Of a DNA stretch of 26,850 nt, positions 24,545 to 26,850 are shown in pieces. The translations under genes and the position numbers were made by a program. The notes under the pieces are model-generated. The model was not told the origin of the DNA. It ran no database searches and was given only the letters and a program-made list of their open reading frames with translations. Origin of the DNA: an uncultured virus (IMG/VR IMGVR_UViG_3300047352_000567) (Duplodnaviria; Heunggongvirae; Uroviricota; Caudoviricetes); IMG/VR virus record IMGVR_UViG_3300047352_000567; one strand, 5' to 3'. Each line of letters begins with the position of its first letter. The first letter of the stretch is position 1.

Positions 24545-25678
24545 CTAAAATGCTACATTATTTTCTGGAAATGCAATACATCCGTCCCTAGTAGCTGCGC
24601 CTCTAGAGTCATCTCCGGTTTTAAAACAGCGCAGTACTCTATAATAATCGCTTCCGTGTTGGAATCTTTCACCGTGTGTCTGATTGTCTGTAGTTCTATA
24701 GACATTCATAATTCGTGCTGTTCGAGGGTCTCCATATCCATTAGTTGGAGCATAATTATTATTGCCCTGATATGTCATAGGAATTAATTGATGAATTTCT
24801 CCGGAAGCAACCTGAGTAGATTGAATTCCAAACTGTGCGTAAGGATACCACTGAGGATAATAGTGCTGAAGCTGGTTATTTGTCCCATAGTGATAGTCTG
24901 AACCATCATTTATTTGTCCTGTTCTATAATTTGTACCTGCAGCATCTAGATACTCATGCCTAAATACTCCGTACCAGTGTCCGTAAGTAGTACCTGCTGC
25001 AGTATTATTGTCTTCGAGCAAAGAATTAGATACATAAGACCACATAGTAGATCCTGGATACCATTTTGCATTTTGACTGTGCATATACGGATCAAGGGCT
25101 GAATCATATTCATGATCTGCCATACAAACAACACCGACATCCTGATTAGCCGCAGATACATTGGTTTGATGTAGAGCCATGAAAAGAGTAGTGTCATTTC
25201 TAATTATATGAATTTCCAAAGATGACATAAGGTGGCTGAAAAATGAATAAGCAGTACTAGTATTAGATGTCCATGTATGGCTATTACTTGACGTTGGCAC
25301 TTTATAACTGCCCGCAGAATCCTGTAGACTCCATCTAAAGCCATAATCCGATTTACACCTAAAGTGTAGTCTAGTTGAAGGATCATAGCCCGAAGTTTGA
25401 TTTTTTGAGTAAGGATATTTTATTACAACAAAGTCAAAATACCAGTTAGTGTAGGTACTTGAGCTATAGCTTGTCATAGAACCTACAGAGTATATTCCTG
25501 AACTAGCATCGGTTCCTACCTTATAGCTAGCACCTATATTAATAACATCTGAGTAACTGCTTAGATCAGAAACAGTTGTAGCTGTGCCTCCCATAATCTC
25601 TCTTAAAGCATTGCCTACAGCTACCAGATTCGGGCCAGTATTCGAGTATGCGTTTGTTTGTATTCTCCAATATGCCAT
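24545..25678 (-). CDS. Hypothetical virion-associated protein (377 aa, Tyr/Ser/Thr/Asn rich)
   Basis: AGGAG RBS and TAATG overlap with the upstream gene. Beta-rich composition within the structural cluster. No recognised motif. Confidence 0.65.
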   Translation of the reverse strand: MAYWRIQTNAYSNTGPNLVAVGNALREIMGGTATTVSDLSSYSDVINIGASYKVGTDASSGIYSVGSMTSYSSSTYTNWYFDFVVIKYPYSKNQTSGYDPSTRLHFRCKSDYGFRWSLQDSAGSYKVPTSSNSHTWTSNTSTAYSFFSHLMSSLEIHIIRNDTTLFMALHQTNVSAANQDVGVVCMADHEYDSALDPYMHSQNAKWYPGSTMWSYVSNSLLEDNNTAAGTTYGHWYGVFRHEYLDAAGTNYRTGQINDGSDYHYGTNNQLQHYYPQWYPYAQFGIQSTQVASGEIHQLIPMTYQGNNNYAPTNGYGDPRTARIMNVYRTTDNQTHGERFQHGSDYYRVLRCFKTGDDSRGAATRDGCIAFPENNVAF

Positions 25679-25974
25679 TATTCTTCTCCTGTAAATTCTG
25701 TCCAGACACCTGCAGTGTCTAGTTTGCTGTGACTTCCAAAAACTAAAAGTTCATACTTTCCTAAACCAAGCAAGGTTCTTGATAGTATTTCAGGATCTCC
25801 GCTACTTGTATCAAAAACCGTAGAAATTTGCATTTGTTCTAAGGGTACAGGTTTAACAGCCCTATAAATTGTTAAAACTCCTTCCCATTTTGAATCAAAT
25901 TCTGAGTCTGTTTCATGATGCCACTCTCGTAGTTCTGTTACTAGTGTGGCTTGTGCTGTTTTATCTAGTGCCAT
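25678..25974 (-). CDS. Hypothetical protein (98 aa)
   Basis: TAAGGAGAATAAAATG RBS. Tightly packed in the operon. Confidence 0.7.
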   Translation of the reverse strand: MALDKTAQATLVTELREWHHETDSEFDSKWEGVLTIYRAVKPVPLEQMQISTVFDTSSGDPEILSRTLLGLGKYELLVFGSHSKLDTAGVWTEFTGEE

Positions 25975-25984
25975 TTTATTCTCC

Positions 25985-26848
25985 TTAGAATGTATAAACT
26001 ATTAAAAGCTGTAAATCTCGTCCCGCTTCGGTTGACCCTACTTGAGTTACATCTAATGTTAAGTAGTCATCTGCCCCCAAAGATAGACTTGGTGAGGTAT
26101 TTTCAACTTTCGTCTGTCCTGCAGCAATAACTAAATTAGTTGTAGTTGTACTTCCGCTTGAAACTTTATTTAATGTTAAATTCATATTTGCTCCTGTAGG
26201 AGCAGTATTTACTCTTGCTACAAGTTTAGTTACTGTAGCAGCACCGGGTGGATACCAGCGTCCAGTACCTGTTTGGGTATTCACTAAGCCTTCTACTCGT
26301 AAATATTGAACCCCTCTTGAAGGAGGATCACCCCAAGCAAGATTTCCAGAGCCATCTGTTATAAGCACCTGATTTGCTGTGCCATCTGTCTCCGGTAAAG
26401 TAAAAGCACCCACTTGAAGCGGAGAGCTAATAACTACCTTGCCGTTACCGTCTGGAGCAAGAGTTAGATTTCTATTTGAGGCAGTAACTATGGAGTTAGT
26501 TCCTAAATCTAAATTTCCTCCGAGCTCTGGACTTGTGTCTTCTACTACATTATTTATGCTTACTGCTTGTGCTCTTGCATCAGTATAGTAAAGATTCGTA
26601 GAGCCTTCAGTAATTTCATCCGTATTATCTTTTGTTGCAATCTGAGCCGCAACATATGCCTTAACAGATTGTTGTGAAGGCGCTCTAGTGGCACTGTCTG
26701 TATCAAAACCGTCTTCATCTATAATGTTGTTTGCTATTCTAGCATCTGCTCTAGCATTAGTAAAATATAGATTTGTTGAGCCTTCACTTAGGCTATCAGT
26801 ATCTGCTGCAGCTATTCTAGCATCTGCTCTAGCATTAGTAAAATATAG
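25985..26848 (-). CDS. Tail/virion fibre protein, C-terminal part (extends beyond window)
   Basis: Frame is open to the window edge upstream of the ORF-track GTG: ...NLYFTNARADARIAAADTDSLSEGSTNLYFTNARADARIA...PSQQSVKAYV...EDTSPELGGNLDL...LPETDGTANQVLITDGSGNLAW. C-terminal L.ADDYLTLDVTQVGST..G.DL domain. Confidence 0.8.
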   Translation of the reverse strand, partial: LYFTNARADARIAAADTDSLSEGSTNLYFTNARADARIANNIIDEDGFDTDSATRAPSQQSVKAYVAAQIATKDNTDEITEGSTNLYYTDARAQAVSINNVVEDTSPELGGNLDLGTNSIVTASNRNLTLAPDGNGKVVISSPLQVGAFTLPETDGTANQVLITDGSGNLAWGDPPSRGVQYLRVEGLVNTQTGTGRWYPPGAATVTKLVARVNTAPTGANMNLTLNKVSSGSTTTTNLVIAAGQTKVENTSPSLSLGADDYLTLDVTQVGSTEAGRDLQLLIVYTF

Positions 26849-26850
26849 AT
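26733..26850 (-). repeat. Exact 40-nt direct repeat, 78-nt (26 aa) period, NLYFTNARADARIA fibre repeat
   Basis: 26733-26772 equals 26811-26850. A third, diverged copy (EGSTNLYYTDARA) lies near 26570-26610. Confidence 0.9.

Noticed and set aside
1..26850. tRNA/rRNA genes, integrase, or stop-codon recoding
   Set aside because: There is almost no intergenic space and no cloverleaf was seen. TAA, TAG and TGA all end full-length genes under the standard code.

Overview
Fragment of an AT-rich, T5-like (Demerecviridae-type) lytic phage genome, probably marine or aquatic (inference). The + strand (1-16169) carries the T5 replication/recombination module in T5 order: replicative helicase, primase, family A DNA polymerase, conserved ORF, D10 helicase, conserved ORF, D11 SSB, D12/D13 Mre11-Rad50 pair, D14 resolvase and D15 flap endonuclease. 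Metabolic genes are inserted at gene junctions: a promoter + basic ORF + mazG cassette, phoH, and an intact serine hydroxymethyltransferase glyA flanked by a 7-bp duplication of the D14 start. An ATP-cone-less class I RNR (nrdA/nrdB) sits where T5 has its dUTPase. Two perfect sigma70 promoters share extended flanking sequence. A bidirectional terminator (~16170-16197) separates this from a convergent - strand cluster of modular fibre/virion genes. These include two paralogous 7-bladed beta-propeller cassettes with a 156-nt period, each inserted in a split carrier domain and showing signs of within-gene concerted evolution. All family assignments come from recognised motifs and recalled T5 synteny, not database searches.
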